Of a stretch of DNA of 64,000 bases, positions 39,733 through 53,244 are shown one piece after another; the stretch's first letter is position 1, and each line of letters starts with the position of its first letter. The position numbers and the translations under genes were made by a program. This DNA is from Camelus ferus. Lineage: Eukaryota. The stretch is from positions 43,650,001 through 43,714,000 of the forward strand of contig NC_045697.1 of NCBI RefSeq assembly GCF_009834535.1. The letters run 5' to 3'. Below the pieces are notes generated by a model. It did not search any database. It saw only the letters and a list, made by a program, of their open reading frames with translations, and was not told where the DNA came from.

Positions 39733-40204
39733 GAAATATTTCTCACCACAGAAGCAAATGAGTCTCAGTGTGCAATAATGATTCACCTATCTACAGTCCG
39801 AGCATTAATTAAGACTTCCATCTAAAACATCTACAAAAGAATAAAAAATTTAAAAATCAACGAAACATCTACAGTCTTGTTTTTCTTTCAGTTTTCTCCT
39901 AGAAACAAAGGGTAAGTACTTGCTTTACATTTGTATAATCAAAGGGTGCATTCAGGTGATTTCGCAGAACAAAGAAACAGTTCACAGTTGACTCAAAGAT
40001 TCTAAAATATATATTAATTTTCTCTCTCAGCTCAGGTAACCCTTTCCACAGCTTTAGGTCTGGGCTTCCACCCCTGGTGTTCCTTTGGCTGGGCACTGGT
40101 TCTTTCCCGGCCTCTTTTCCTCCCCAGCATCTAGGCTTTTGAGAAGACTTTCCCTGATCCCAGCACTAGGTGGGGCAGATACCTTAGTTATCCTTGCTTC
40201 TAGC

Positions 40205-40340
40205 TTTTTAAAAAATATTATTTATTTTTTCAGTAGGGAAGGTAATTCAGTTTGTTTAGTTTTAGAGGAGGCACTGGGGATTGAACCCAGGACCTCATGC
40301 ATGCTAAGCACACACTCTACCACTTGAGCTGCACCCTCCT
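40205..40340 (-). mobile_element. Vic-1-like SINE, long form
   Basis: Reverse-complemented head and 3' segment; CTTCTAG repeated at both flanks. Confidence 0.85.
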
Positions 40341-40924
40341 CTACTTCTAGATTTTTGTATTTTTCCTACATGTGTTTATCAGAATTGTAATTCTGTCATC
40401 ATATGAGATTTTGTCTCTAATGTTTCTGTCTCTAACTAGATTATAAATTCCATCAGGCAGACACTATTTTATTTTTCCATGTACCTTCAGTAGCTAGCAT
40501 GGTACCTGACTTAAAGCAGATATTTATAGTAGTGAATTCATGAATACAAGGAAAGCATAAGGCAACATTCCTGCCCTCCAAGAACTTAGAATCTTACTGA
40601 GGAAAGAAAAAAATCCAAGAAACGCCTAACTAGCTCAGCAGTCATTAATTAAGAACCAAAATTTATTCACTCCACAAATATTTATTTAGTGTCGACTTTG
40701 ATCTAGGCACTATCCCAGGGACTGAAAATAAAGTAAGGGTGGGAGGGACAGATAAATAATCTCTATTTACATAAAGCTCACATTTTAGCAAAATGGTTGA
40801 TACTGAGGGGGAAAAAAATCTATGGGAGCAAAAACAACTTTTTACAGTGGAGAAAGACTCAAGGACAAACTAGAACTCCCACAGGTGGAGGGTAGATTTG
40901 CAGAAAAGAGAGAAGGCATGAAAA

Positions 40925-41262
40925 GGTCTGAATGTTTGTGTGCACTCCCTCAAACTCATATTTCTAGTCCTAACCCCCCAGGATGTGGTATTAAGAGGTG
41001 GGGCCTTTGGGAGCTGATTAAGTCATGAGAATAAAGCCCTCAAAATTGAGATAAGCTCCTTTACGAAAGAGACCACCAAAAGCCATCTCATGTCTTAGGC
41101 CATGTGACGTCACAGTGAGAGGAGGTTCTCGTCAGACACCAGACCTGCTGGCGTCATGATCTTGGACTTCCCAGCCTCCAGAAGTGTAAGAAATAAATGT
41201 TTATTGTTAATAAGCCATCCAGTTTGTGGTATTTTTGTTACAGGAGCCTGAACAGACTAAAC
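40925..41262 (+). mobile_element. MaLR LTR (MLT1A-like)
   Basis: ggtctgaatgtttgtgt...ggtggggcctttggg...tcttggacttcccagcctccagaa...aataaatgttt...gactaa. Confidence 0.82.
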
Positions 41263-41414
41263 AAAGCAGGGATATAAGAAAATAAAATTCTGTGGAGAAA
41301 GCGCATGATCTTGCCGGAGAGAGGAGAAAAGATTGTGGTTCAGTGCAGTGGAAGATTAGATGGACCACACAGTGAGGCTTTTAAACAGCAGAGTCATCTG
41401 CTGCTTTAGGAAAT

Positions 41415-41750
41415 GTGTTAATTTTCTAGGACTGCCTTAATCAACGACCTCAAACCAGTTGGCTTAAACAACAGAAACTCATTGTCTCACAGTTCTGGAG
41501 GCTAAAGTCCAAACTCAACTGGGCAGGGTTGGTTTCTTCTGAGAGCCAGGAGGGAGAGTCTGTTCAGTGCCTCTTTCCTAGCTTCTGGTGGTCTGCCTGC
41601 AATTTGATGTTCTTCCGTTTGTATTTGCATCACCCCATCCCTGCCGTCATGTTCACAGGGCATTCTCTTCGTGTACATATCTGTCTCTTCGTATGATATT
41701 CTTTTTATAAGAACACAAGTCATCCTGGAGTAGGGGCCCACACTTCAAGG
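41415..41750 (-). mobile_element. MaLR LTR (MLT1B/C-like)
   Basis: ggcttaaacaacagaaa...cacagttctggaggctaaagtcc...gcagggttggtttcttctgag. Confidence 0.8.
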
Positions 41751-42329
41751 TAACTTCAGTTTCCTCATCTCCAAAATTTGGATAATAAAAGCACCTATTT
41801 TATAATCTCCTGTAAAACAGTGGTTTACAAACCTGAAGATGATCAGAACCACCTTTTCAAAAATGCCAGTGCCTGGTGATTCCAATTCATTAAGCTCTGT
41901 CCTAAGACCTGGAAAGCAGTATCTAAAAGGTGCTCAAGGGTTGCTAGGGGTTTTGGGGGAGAGAAATGGTAAGGAGATCAATTGACCAGGCATACCTACC
42001 GGGTCAAATTTACATCCATTGATGGTCTTCATTATTTTAAAATAATGAACAAAATCTAAATGAAATAAATTTAAATCTTAGGTGATTCCTAAGATTGTGG
42101 TTGGAGAACCACTGATGTGGGGACCTCTTAGCAGAATGCCTCACATGTACACGCTTCAAAACATTTTCTATGTTATGAATTATATATTATATTTAGTTAA
42201 TTCGCATTTATGTAAGCAAAGATTTACATTTGTTTTCTTCCTACTTCAATTTGTCATCAATTTTGATCTATTTATAGTATGAAATGGGTTTCCTTCCAGG
42301 AATGAAATTTCAATTTATGAATGTATCTC

Positions 42330-42935
42330 TAGGAAAAAAGGACTTGGTTGACTAAAACCTTTGAGAACTACAAAAACTCTTGGCCTGAACACTCCATTCA
42401 AACTCTTGCAGTAGGAAACTTGACCAAACTTTAACACAACTCCTAGCAGCCTAAGCCCTGAGGCAATCCAGCCCCCAACTGAGTTACTGTCTATAAATTG
42501 CAAGGCTGTTAAAAGACTTACTGCTTGTTCTAGCAACACCTGATGATAGACCTCCTTTTCTTAGCGCACTTACTAAAAAGGACTTACAACTATGAATCCT
42601 TCCTCTGTCCCTTTGAGATGTTTTTGTGTTTCCTACAACTCCGGAGTGCCTTTCTCTTTAAGCCATGCCTTTGAAATGTAATCATCAGGAAAAATAATAG
42701 AAATCTTCCTCTTCTATTCTGGCAAGGACTCAATGAAAAGCTATGGACCCTTTGTTTAATATAGCCCTCCTTACTTCCTTTTTCCTCCATAAAAGCAATC
42801 TTCTTCTCTTGCCTTCTGGGGACTTACACATGATCTACCATGGTGGCAGATCCCAAACTACAATTCTCTGCTGGTCCCAAATAAACTCACCTTTGCTGGA
42901 GAAATATCTGGCACTCTATTTGTTTTAGGTCAACA
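42330..42935 (+). mobile_element. ERV1 LTR (MER34A-like)
   Basis: Ends aataaactcacctttgctggagaaatatctggcactctatttgttttaggtcaaca, as recalled for MER34A; start approximate. Confidence 0.7.
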
Positions 42936-42989
42936 ACTGGGAGTCAGGACCCCAAAGTCATAGTTTTGACTCTGCTTCAAATTAGTATT

Positions 42990-43290
42990 TATAGTTCAAT
43001 GCAGAATTATTCACAACAGTCAAGATATGGAAAAAACTCAAGTCTCCATCAAAAGGTGAATGGGTAAAGAAAATATGAGATACAACACACATACACACAC
43101 ATATAAAATGGAATATTATTCAGCCTTTCATCATGATAAGTAAAACAAGTGAGACACAGGAATACAAACATTGCATGATATAGATAGTCAAACTCATAGA
43201 AGCACATGGTAGAATGGTGATTGACAGGGGATGGTAAGTGGAGACAGTGGGGAGATGTTTGTTAAAAGGTATAAGCTTACAGTTATGCAT
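42990..43290 (+). mobile_element. L1MA-type 3' fragment
   Basis: ttcacaacagtcaagatatggaaa...atggaatattattcagcctt...aaactcatagaagca. Confidence 0.75.
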
Positions 43291-43763
43291 GGGAACCTCT
43301 ATTCTAGTTAAACTAGGATCTCACCCTTTTCCTCATCAGCAATTCTCAGTTCCAACCTTTTGGTCAATGTCAGCCCCTAAAGGAACCAAGCTGTCCATCA
43401 GGGCTGCTTTTTGACACAGTATTTTTAGGTGGAGTTGTCTTGGGATAATGACTTTATAGTAACATTAAGCACTTGTGTAACAGACGATGGAGAAAGGCCA
43501 AACAGCAATGACAATCACAAATATCATAAGAAATATTTTGAACCTATATTTATATCCAATTCCTTGGTCAGCCTAGGACTAGCCAATCTGGGTCATAGTC
43601 AGATAATCTATCAGAGATTTTTGTTCAAAAACTTGTAGTCAGGTCAAAATCCTTGCACAAACCAGTGACACATGGTATCTCAGACCTCTCCTGGTAATTT
43701 ATCACCCGAATAAAATACAATCAATTGGTGGGTTTGTTTTGAATATTTGGAAAGTCCAACTGA

Positions 43764-43801
43764 CCTGGTTCAATCCCCAGTACCTCCATTAAAAAAAAAA
43801 A
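43764..43801 (+). mobile_element. 5'-truncated Vic-1-like SINE fragment
   Basis: cctggttcaatccccagtacctccatt plus poly(A). Confidence 0.7.
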
Positions 43802-44068
43802 GATTCCCAAAACATCACTCTGTTACCTCACCACCAACCAATCAGAAGAGTTCTACAAGTTGATCAGGTGCCCTGTGACCCTCCCTGTAATGCTCCCTTG
43901 AAAACCCTTCCCTAAAAGCCATTGAGGAGTTTGGGTCTTTTGAGCACTAGCTGCCTGTTGTCCTTGCTTGGCGCCCTGCAGAAAACGCTGTGTTTTCCTT
44001 CACCACAACCCAGTGTCAGTTGATTGACTTTGCTTCAGGTGAGCAAACTCAAGTTTGGTTCAGTAACA
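43802..44068 (+). mobile_element. ERV1 LTR 3' portion
   Basis: aaccaatcag, gggtcttttgagcactagctgcc...ccttgcttggcgccctgca, ends ggttcagtaaca. Confidence 0.65.
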
Positions 44069-44859
44069 CCAACACCTGGGAGGCTGGGGGTAGCATAGGG
44101 GAACAGGATTAGGCAGAAGGTGAAATCAAACAGTCACGCAGGCCCGGCAAAGCCTCAGCCAAACCAAATCCACAGGGACCTCTGGGGCCTTTATGACCCA
44201 CAAGAGTTGTCCCTCAATGGCCACACCTTTAGACCCCTGCAGGATCACTTAGATGTTGGCCACCCTAGAAAGAGCAGGTCCTTGGGCAGAGTGACTTGCT
44301 TGGCAGCTGAAACAGTAAGTCTTGTTCACCAAAATCATGTCCAAATCACAAGTTGCATTTCAATGAGGTAATGAAAGAAACATCCCAGAGATTCTCATTG
44401 AGGAGACATAAATGTACAGTTTAAGGGATCAGTTGCTGTCTGAATTTAGTTGGTCTGAGGACAAATGTCCTGAACAGTGTTAAATAAATCGCATAACGGT
44501 TTCAATATGACTTTGTGAGAAAATAATTAGATAATAGCTTCTATTGCTGGTCCCTTGTCTCTTTCTATCCCTGATGCCTCTTGAGTTTCTTGAAGGTTCT
44601 GGGAGATGACAGTAATAGCAGTTAATTACTAAAGGCCTAGAGCACACTTAAGGCATGCACATGTGTTGAGGTTGATAATATTCTAGAGGGTTCCAGGGTC
44701 AGTTAATCCAATAGTTGCGAAGTCCAGTGGTTGGAAAGTCCAATCCTTAGAAAGATTTGCAGTCACTTTGCTTGTTTGCAAATGATATTTAGGGATTGTA
44801 AAGTCCATCGTCGGATCATGGATCTTGATCCAAAGTTCATGGGAGGAAAATGTTTACAG

Positions 44860-45489
44860 TGAGAACTGCAAAAAAAATTTGGCACAGAAGACTCCATCCA
44901 AACCGTTACGCTAAGAGACTTGATCTGCATGGCTTCCAGCAAATCAAGGCCATGTCCGTGGGATGACTGAGCTGCCTTTGAATTCCTGTCTTGAAAAGCT
45001 TGAGATTGCCAAAAGAATTTGCTGTTTGCCCCCGACCTCCCTTTCTTAGAGCGTTTACTAAAAATGGCTTACATTTGTAAATCCTTCTGTCCCTTTAGAT
45101 GCATTTGTATTTCCTGCAATCCAAGAGTGACTTTCTCAAAGAAAATTATTTCTTTGAAATGTAATCTTCAGGAAAGATAGTGTATCTGTCTCCCAGTCTT
45201 TGGGAGGGTAGAAGCCTAATTTCAAGAAATGCCAGTTAACAGGCACAGATGTCTAATCATATTTACATTGACCAACCCTCTTACCCTTTTCCAGTAATTT
45301 TTCACTTCCCTAACTCTGCTTAAGCCCCAACTCACTCCTCTTCCCTACTCCCTCATTCTTCCTTGAAAATGCCCAGTCACCTCTGCACAAATTGAAGTGG
45401 AGATCAGCTCTTCCTCCTATGGTGGTAGTCACTTAATAAAATCCGTTTTTACCTCTTTAACTAATGTCCAGCATTGTTTATCTTTGACA
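44860..45489 (+). mobile_element. ERV1 LTR (MER34/MER39-related)
   Basis: Shares blocks with 42330-42935 (tttactaaaa..g.cttaca, ttgaaatgtaatc.tcaggaaa); AATAAA at ~45435; ends tttatctttgaca. Confidence 0.65.
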
Positions 45490-45529
45490 ATACCCAATGC
45501 CACCTTCTTAATACATATAATGTTTGGAG

Positions 45530-45870
45530 TGTTGACCTGAAACATATAGACTGCCAGGTATTTCTCCAGCAAATGTGGGTTTATTGGGGGTCAGTAGAGA
45601 ATTGCATTTCAGGGTCTGCAACCAAGGTGGGCCACACACAAGTCCCCACACAGCAAGGCAAGGAGAACACCTTTATAGAGGAAAAGGCAGTTGGGAGGGT
45701 AGTAACAGTACATAGTAAACAAAGGTTCATGGTTTTTCATTTGCTGAGTTCTTGCAAAGGAAGCGAGGTCTTCTTGTTGGGCTCTGCTCTTGTTGCAGGG
45801 TATAACAGCTCCCCCTTCTGGTCTTCCAACTCTATTTAATTGAGGTTTCTGGTTACTAAGTTTTTCAGGA
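45530..45870 (-). mobile_element. ERV1 LTR 3' portion (MER34A-like)
   Basis: tgttgacctgaaac..atagactgccag.tatttctccagcaaa is the reverse complement of the end of the 42330-42935 element. Confidence 0.65.
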
Positions 45871-45979
45871 GAAAGCTTTCTACTTCTGAAAGTCAGCTGC
45901 TTTTGGACACCATTGAATGAGCCCCAGAACCATACCTCCAGTGAACTAGATGTCTGGGATTCTAAATGCTTCAGGCTGC

Positions 45980-46393
45980 TGGTGTGGACTAAATTATGTG
46001 TTCCCTCCCTCTCCTTGACCTCCCAGACACTTATGTTGAAGCCCTAATCAGCAGTACCTCAAACTGTGACTGTATTTGGAAGTAGGGTCTTCAAAGAGGT
46101 AATTAAGTTAAAATGAGGTCATTAAGGAGGAACTTAATCCAAATGACTGATGTCCTTACAGGAAGAGAAAGTTTGGACACAGAAAAGACACCAGAGATGC
46201 TCGTGCATAGAGGAAGGACCATGTGAACAGTCAGCAAGAAGGCATCCATCTGGAAGCCAAAGAGAGAGACCCCAGAACAAACAATCCTGCTGACACCTTG
46301 ATCTTGGACTTTCCAGAACCAGAAATAAATTTCTGTTGTCAGAGCCACCCCTTCTGCAGGATTTTGTTATGGTAGCCCTAGCAAACTAGCATA
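45980..46393 (+). mobile_element. MaLR LTR (MLT1B-like)
   Basis: tgttgaagccctaa...tatttggaagtagggtcttcaaagaggtaattaagttaaaatgaggtc...ctgctgacaccttgatcttggactt...gccctagcaaacta. Confidence 0.85.
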
Positions 46394-46509
46394 GCTGGAA
46401 AGCATATCCACGTAAGGAAATGCACTGGTGCTTAGGAAACATATTTAGGATCTAAAATCTTCTTTTCTAATGTGTTCTAAGGTGGACTTCTGCTGGTGTC
46501 TTTTCTTTC

Positions 46510-46703
46510 TTCCTTTCTTTTGTTTGTTTTAGGGTTTTTTTGTTGTTGTTGTTTTGTTTAAAGTTTATTTATATTATTTATTTGTGGGGGGATACTTAGA
46601 TTTTTTTTGTATTTAATTATTCTTAGAGGACGTAGTGGGGATTGAACCCAGAACCTCATGCATGCTAAGCATGCACTCTACCACTTGAGCTATACCCTCC
46701 TCC
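46510..46703 (-). mobile_element. Vic-1-like SINE, long form
   Basis: Long T-rich tail and reverse-complemented head; degenerate TSD ctgct..tgtcttttctt. Confidence 0.85.
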
Positions 46704-48494
46704 CTGCTATTGTCTTTTCTTGTATCTCCTGATGGTACATCAAAAAGGGGTATGACTGGTAATGCTCTTTTTGGAAACATATCTTGTACCTGTTGGACAT
46801 ATATTGTGGAAATGATGCCTTGAAAATACTTGACGAGATTGGAATGTACCTGGGAGAAATCAGTCACAGCGGGAGACAAGCCTAGCTCCATGAGCCTTCC
46901 TATAAGAATTTCACACTGTGGGAGCTGATGGGGATTTTGAAGTAGAGATTGTATTATCATAATGCTGGGGCAAAACTTGAGCTGAAGGGAGATTATTATG
47001 CTTTCTAGAAATTTTAGACTATTCTGATTTTATAATGAATTTTCTCATTTTATCTTCTGAGTTTGGGGAATGACATGGACAATGACATTTTTAGTTCATG
47101 AGCGTATCTTTCACAGTTCCTTAAGTATTTCACGTTATAAAATGAGGTTTTTTGTTTAATTAATAGATTATACTAAAGTAAGCCCCTAGATTGGAAAAAT
47201 AAAATAGATACTTTTTTTTTTAGCAAAATTTCAAGCATGGCAGGGAAAATCTCAATCTGCCCAGGAAATTTACAAACTACTATTCAAATGTATTCAAAGC
47301 TTAGCAAATTGGGTAACTGGAGGAAATTTATTTGTAAGTTTTAAGAATAGTTCTTGAAGTGGAGATTTCAGAGTTGCCCTATTCCTCTGGTTTTCCTGAG
47401 TTATCATATGCTAAAAATAGATAAGGCAAAATAAAATCAGGTAAAATTCTTTTCACCAATACTTGTATATTTTTTGAACCATTTTGTCCCTGTCATCTTG
47501 GGTTATTCCTTGAAACATTTGGTTGCCTGTTGAGTTTTCTTTAATCTAGAACATTTTCTCAGTCTTTGTGTTTCATGTTTCATTGACTTTTATGAAGAGG
47601 GCAGGTCAGTTATTGCATAAAATGTTCTTCAATTTGAGTGTGATGTTTTCTCATGAGAAAATTCACTTTTAGCAAGCATAGCGCCAGAATGATGTTGTCT
47701 CCTGTGCATCATATGAGGAGGCATCTGATGTTTCTTTACTGGTGATGTTAACTATCATTATTTGACTAACATGGTGTTTGTAAGGTTATGTTTCCTCCTC
47801 TCATTCATAAATATCTTTTGTAGAAATATTTGGACACTACATAAACAGCCTGCTACTCAAACTTTACCCACTAGTTTTCGTATCTGTTGCCTTTATGAAT
47901 CATGATGATGAAGATAATAGTTGCCAAAAGGGATTTTCTAATTTTGTGATTCCTTCTGCATTTATTCTTTGGTGTTCAGCTGTAAGGAAGCGCTTTCTCT
48001 TATCCCATTTATTTATTCATTCACTCATTTATATCAGTATGGACTCAAAGATTCTTACTTTATTCAATGGGACATAATTCATTAATATTGTTATTTATTT
48101 TGATCAAATTTGATTAGTATCACCACTTTTCACCCCTGACTCCTATGTCAGGTTGACATGTTTACCTCATCCTTCGAGCCCATCTTGACTTTCTGGCACT
48201 AAATGCATGTTTCAAGTTTATCTTCTATTTTCTCTTGCCCCAGCTTTTGAAAAAAGAATTATCATTAAAAGAATCCTTTAAAAACAATTCTGTTGCTTGT
48301 ATGAATCCAGTGTTTAGAATTTTGGTAAATGATCTTTGTTACAGTTCCCTTCAGCAAATGGCACTAGTCTTAATTAGTAACTGCCTCTTATTCAAAAATA
48401 GCAGTTATTAATCGTAAGACAGGGAATTCTTCCTAACTATGTTACACAGAAAGATTAAGGGCATGAATAAAAATTTCAAATACTAAGTTTTAGT

Positions 48495-48600
48495 GGGGAG
48501 GGTACCTCTCGGTGTGGAGCATGTGCTTAGCATGCATGAGGTCCTGGGTTCAATTCCCAGTACTTCCATTAAAAAAATTAAAATAAAATAAAATAAATAC
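48495..48600 (+). mobile_element. Vic-1-like SINE, short form
   Basis: Diverged head plus A-rich tail. Confidence 0.8.
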
Positions 48601-48779
48601 AAAGCTTTAAACTTCTTTATTAAAAATAATTTACCTTAAACACAAGTAAAAGTTAAAAACCATCTGGGGAAAAAAACATTTTCAATATTTGACAGACATA
48701 AGGTCAACACATTTAATATATAGACACTTTTAAATCAATAAGATATAAACAATAAGATATCAACTCTTAACAGTTCTAT

Positions 48780-49380
48780 ATAGTCAGTGTTCTCTCCATC
48801 TGATTGTAGCCCATGTTAGGGCTTCACCAGCAGGTGTTGGTGCCCCAGTGCACGAGGCTCCTGTGTCCAGGCATCTCAGAGTCTCTTTTCCTCATCCCAG
48901 ACTGTTTTATTCACTCCTGTGCAATAGACTTTGGTTCCCCAGCCAAGGGACCCCATTTTGTCAGTCTTCATCTTGACTGTCTGCCTGACCATCACCCCAG
49001 GCTCTACCGGGTCAGGTTTCTCATTGTATTCTTTGCTTCCCAGCCTTTAAAAAATTCTTCCAAACTGGGGTAAATAGAGCAGACTTGTTTGGGGCATTCT
49101 AATGTTGGGGGACAAACCAGGGGTCCGTTTGGTCCATCCAAGCTCTAATAGTGCTCCTTTTTTCAACCAGATCATGTACATTTTATTCATTTCATTTCTT
49201 AATAATCATCTAAAGATTTCTACCTTACTGGGAAAGTCCCTTGTCTTTCCCTGTCTTTCCCCATTTTCTTGTTAACTAATTTAATGTTTTTTACTAGCCT
49301 CTTTAGGACCATGAGGAGAAGCTGAGCAACTTTTATAAGGCTCTTCAAACAGTTGCTTGATTTTGCTCATAGAAACCCAT
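48780..49380 (-). mobile_element. Degenerate ERV internal fragment (gag-pro)
   Basis: Minus strand encodes CLDTGASCT, with the retroviral aspartic protease motif LDTGA at 48870-48856; no long ORF; boundaries approximate. Confidence 0.55.
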
Positions 49381-49404
49381 CTTTTTCATGGCTGAATAAT
49401 ATTC

Positions 49405-49406
<2 letters not shown>

Positions 49407-49451
<45 letters not shown>
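49407..49451. repeat. (GT)n microsatellite, about 22 units
   Basis: Perfect dinucleotide run inside an L1 remnant. Confidence 0.97.
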
Positions 49452-49452
<1 letters not shown>

Positions 49453-49654
49453 CATCTTCTTTGGGGGGGTAGTTTTCAAATAGTTGTTTCTTATTCATTT
49501 TGGATTACAGAACATTCCTATGCAAAAATAGAATGGTAGAATAATCCCTCATGTACTCATCACATAGCTTCAACAATTATCACCTATAGATTTTTTATTA
49601 TCTAGTTTAGCCATGACTACGTTATCCTTTAGTACTGGTTAAATCACTTTTATT

Positions 49655-50835
49655 TTAGATTTATTTTTTTGAGGTAACATTGGTTTATAACATTATATAA
49701 GTTTCATGTGTACAATGCTATATTTCTACTTCTATATACCCTACAGTGTGCTCACCACAAAAACTTTAGTTTCCATCTGTCACTATACAGTTGATTCCCT
49801 TACCCATTTCACCCTCCCCCAGATCCTTCCTCTCTGATAACCACTACTCTGTTCTCTCTATGTGTTTGTTTTTGTTTGGTTTGTTCATTTAATTTGTTTG
49901 TTTGTATTTTATATTCCACAATTGAATGAAATCATACGATATTTTTCTTTCTCCATCTGACTTATTTCACTTAGCATAGGTCCATTCATATTCTCAAAAA
50001 TTGCAAGATTTCATCTTTTTATGGCTGAGTAGTATTCTACTGTATATATATACCACATCTCTGTTATCCATTCATCCATTGATGGGCACCTAGGTTGTTT
50101 CCGTATCTTGGCTATTATAAATAATGACACAATGAACATAGGGGTGCATATATCTTTTTGAATTAGTGTTTTTGTATTCTTTGGATAAATACCCAGAAGT
50201 GGGATAGCTGAATCATATGGAAGTTCTATTCCTAATTTTTTTAGACATCTCCATACTGTTTTCCATAATGGCCACACCAATTTACATTCGCACTAACAGT
50301 GTATGAGGCTTCCTTTTTCTCCACAACCTCATCAACATTTGTTATTTCTTGTTTCTTTGGTGATAGCCATTCTAACAGGTGTGAGGTGATAACTCATTGT
50401 GGTTTTAATTTGCATTTGCCTAATAATTAGTGATGTTGAACATCTTTTCACGTGCAGTTAGCCATCTGTATGTCTTCTCTGGAAAATTTTCTATTTAGCT
50501 CCTCTGTCCATTTTTTAATCAGGTTGTTTGATTTTTTGTTGTTGAGTTGCATGAATTCTTAATATATTTTGGATAGTAAACCCTTATTTGATATATAATT
50601 TGTAAATATCTTTTCCCACTTGGTAAGTTGTCTTTTCATTCTGTTGAAGGTTTCCTTTGCTGTGCAGAAGCTTTTCAGTTTGATGTAGTCCCATTTGTTT
50701 ATTTTTGCTTTTGTTTCCCTTTCCCAAGGAGACATCTAGAAAGCTATTGCTAAGACGGACGTCAAAGAGTGAACTGCTTATGTTTCCTTCTAGGAGTTTA
50801 ATGGTTTCAGGTCTTATATTCAAGTCTTTAATCTA
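49655..50835 (-). mobile_element. LINE-1 3' portion (ORF2 C-terminus and 3' UTR), degenerate
   Basis: Broken ORFs give the L1 ORF2 peptides PLWKTVWRCLKKLGIELPYDSAIPLLGIYPK and NIRPETIKLLE. Confidence 0.92.
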
Positions 50836-51137
50836 GAACCCCATTTCTTTAGGGGTTTTAATGGAGGTTTCATTACTTAGGCATGATTGATTAAATCTAA
50901 ACTCAGTCTCCAGCCCCTCTCACCTAAAAGGTCAGGAGTGGGGCTAAAAGTTCCAGCCCTCTAATCAAGGCTTAGTCTTTCTGGAAACTAGCTCCCATTC
51001 TTAAACTTAATCTAGCCCTCCACCCCACTCCCCAAATCACATTAGCATACTTTTATCCCTCTGGAAACTCGAGGGTTTTAGGAGCTCTGTTCCTGGATGT
51101 AGGAACAAAGACCAAATATATTTTTTATTATGCCACT
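50836..51137 (-). mobile_element. MER21-like LTR, 5' portion
   Basis: Reverse complement of gtggcataataaaaaatatatttggtctttg...agagctcctaaaaccc, plus atggagg.ttcattac.taggcatgattgattaaatc, as recalled for MER21. Confidence 0.72.
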
Positions 51138-51139
51138 GC

Positions 51140-51745
51140 TATCCTAATGTTTGTGAAGTGGTATGTCATTATGGTTTTGATTTGCATTACCCTAATGATT
51201 AGTGATGTTAAGTGTCTTTTCATGTACCTATTGGCCTTCTGTATATCTTCTTTAGAGAAATGTCTATTCAAGCCCTTTGCTCATTTTTAAATTGGGTTTT
51301 TTTTCTATTGTCATTGAGTTGTAGTTCTTTATATATATTCTGTATATTAATCCTTTATCAGATACATGGTTTGCAAATTTTTCTCTCATTTTGTGGGTTG
51401 TCTTTTCACTCTCTTGATAGTGTCCTTTGATGGACAAAAGTTTTTAATTAGATGAAATGAAGTTTGTCTGTTTTTTCCCTTTGTCTATGCCTTTGGTGTC
51501 ACATACAAGAAATCATTGCCAAATCCAGTGTCATGAAGCATTCCCCCATGTTTTCTCCTAAGAGTGTCATAGTTTTAGGCCTTATATTTAAGTCTTTCAT
51601 CCATTTTGAGCTAATTATTGTAGATGGTGTAACATAAGGTCTAACTTCATTCTTTTGCATTTGTTGAAAAAGACTGTCCTTTCCCCAGTGAATGGTCTTG
51701 GCAACTGAGTCAGAAATCATTTGACCTTACTTGTGAGAGTTTACT
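51140..51745 (-). mobile_element. Older LINE-1 ORF2 fragment
   Basis: Peptides AKTIHWGKDSLF and SKWMKDLNIRPKT match L1 ORF2. Confidence 0.88.
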
Positions 51746-52533
51746 TCCATTCTCATGGAATAATATTATATCTTATTTTTTAATCCTTTAGATCATTACT
51801 ATCCACAAAACACAAATTACACGAAAATCTTTTCATATCAACAGTGATTTGCTGAAATGACAGCAAAAAACGTTAGGAAATAAACACATAATTATTAATG
51901 CAATGCATCTGTCTTCAATGTGGAGTAAAATATGGCTGCTACCTAACAAAACCCAGAAATATGCAATATTAATTCAATTCAGTAGTCTGATATTTTGCTG
52001 ACTTTCATTTATAAACCATAGCTTTACATTCTGTGTGTGGAAAACTGTCAAGTCCCGGTCCTCCCACTCCCCTTACGCTTATATCAAATGATCGATCCAT
52101 CACAGTATGTTTGTATCTATGATAAAGCTGTCAGAACAATGTTAAAAATCTGGGTATTCTTTAAATTAATTTGGGTCCTCAAGTTTCTAAAAGCAAGCAA
52201 ACACTCAAATAAACCCATTCTCCTCCCTCGACTCCATGGGATGGAACGTCGCCAGAGAGTTCCAGAAGAGACTTTTTCTGAAGCAGGCATTAGTATTCTA
52301 GATGTTTCAATGGGTAAAGGGCAGCACCCTGCACTTTGAAAACCACAAACGTGGCATTTCCATTGTGATATTATGTCACTAAGCAATGTTTCTCTTCTGT
52401 CAGCAGTGTTCTTTTTTTTTTTTTTTTTTTAGTTTTGCCTAAGTGCCAGGCTCCCTTAGCAGCAGCTGGCCACCAAAAGCCCTCTCCGTGGCCCTCGGCA
52501 GAAGTGCCCAGTACCCAGCATTTATGGCATTAA

Positions 52534-53244
<711 letters not shown>

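Noticed and set aside
50011..50823. L1 ORF2-like ORFs as an active or domesticated gene
   Set aside because: 5'-truncated, with frameshifts and stops.
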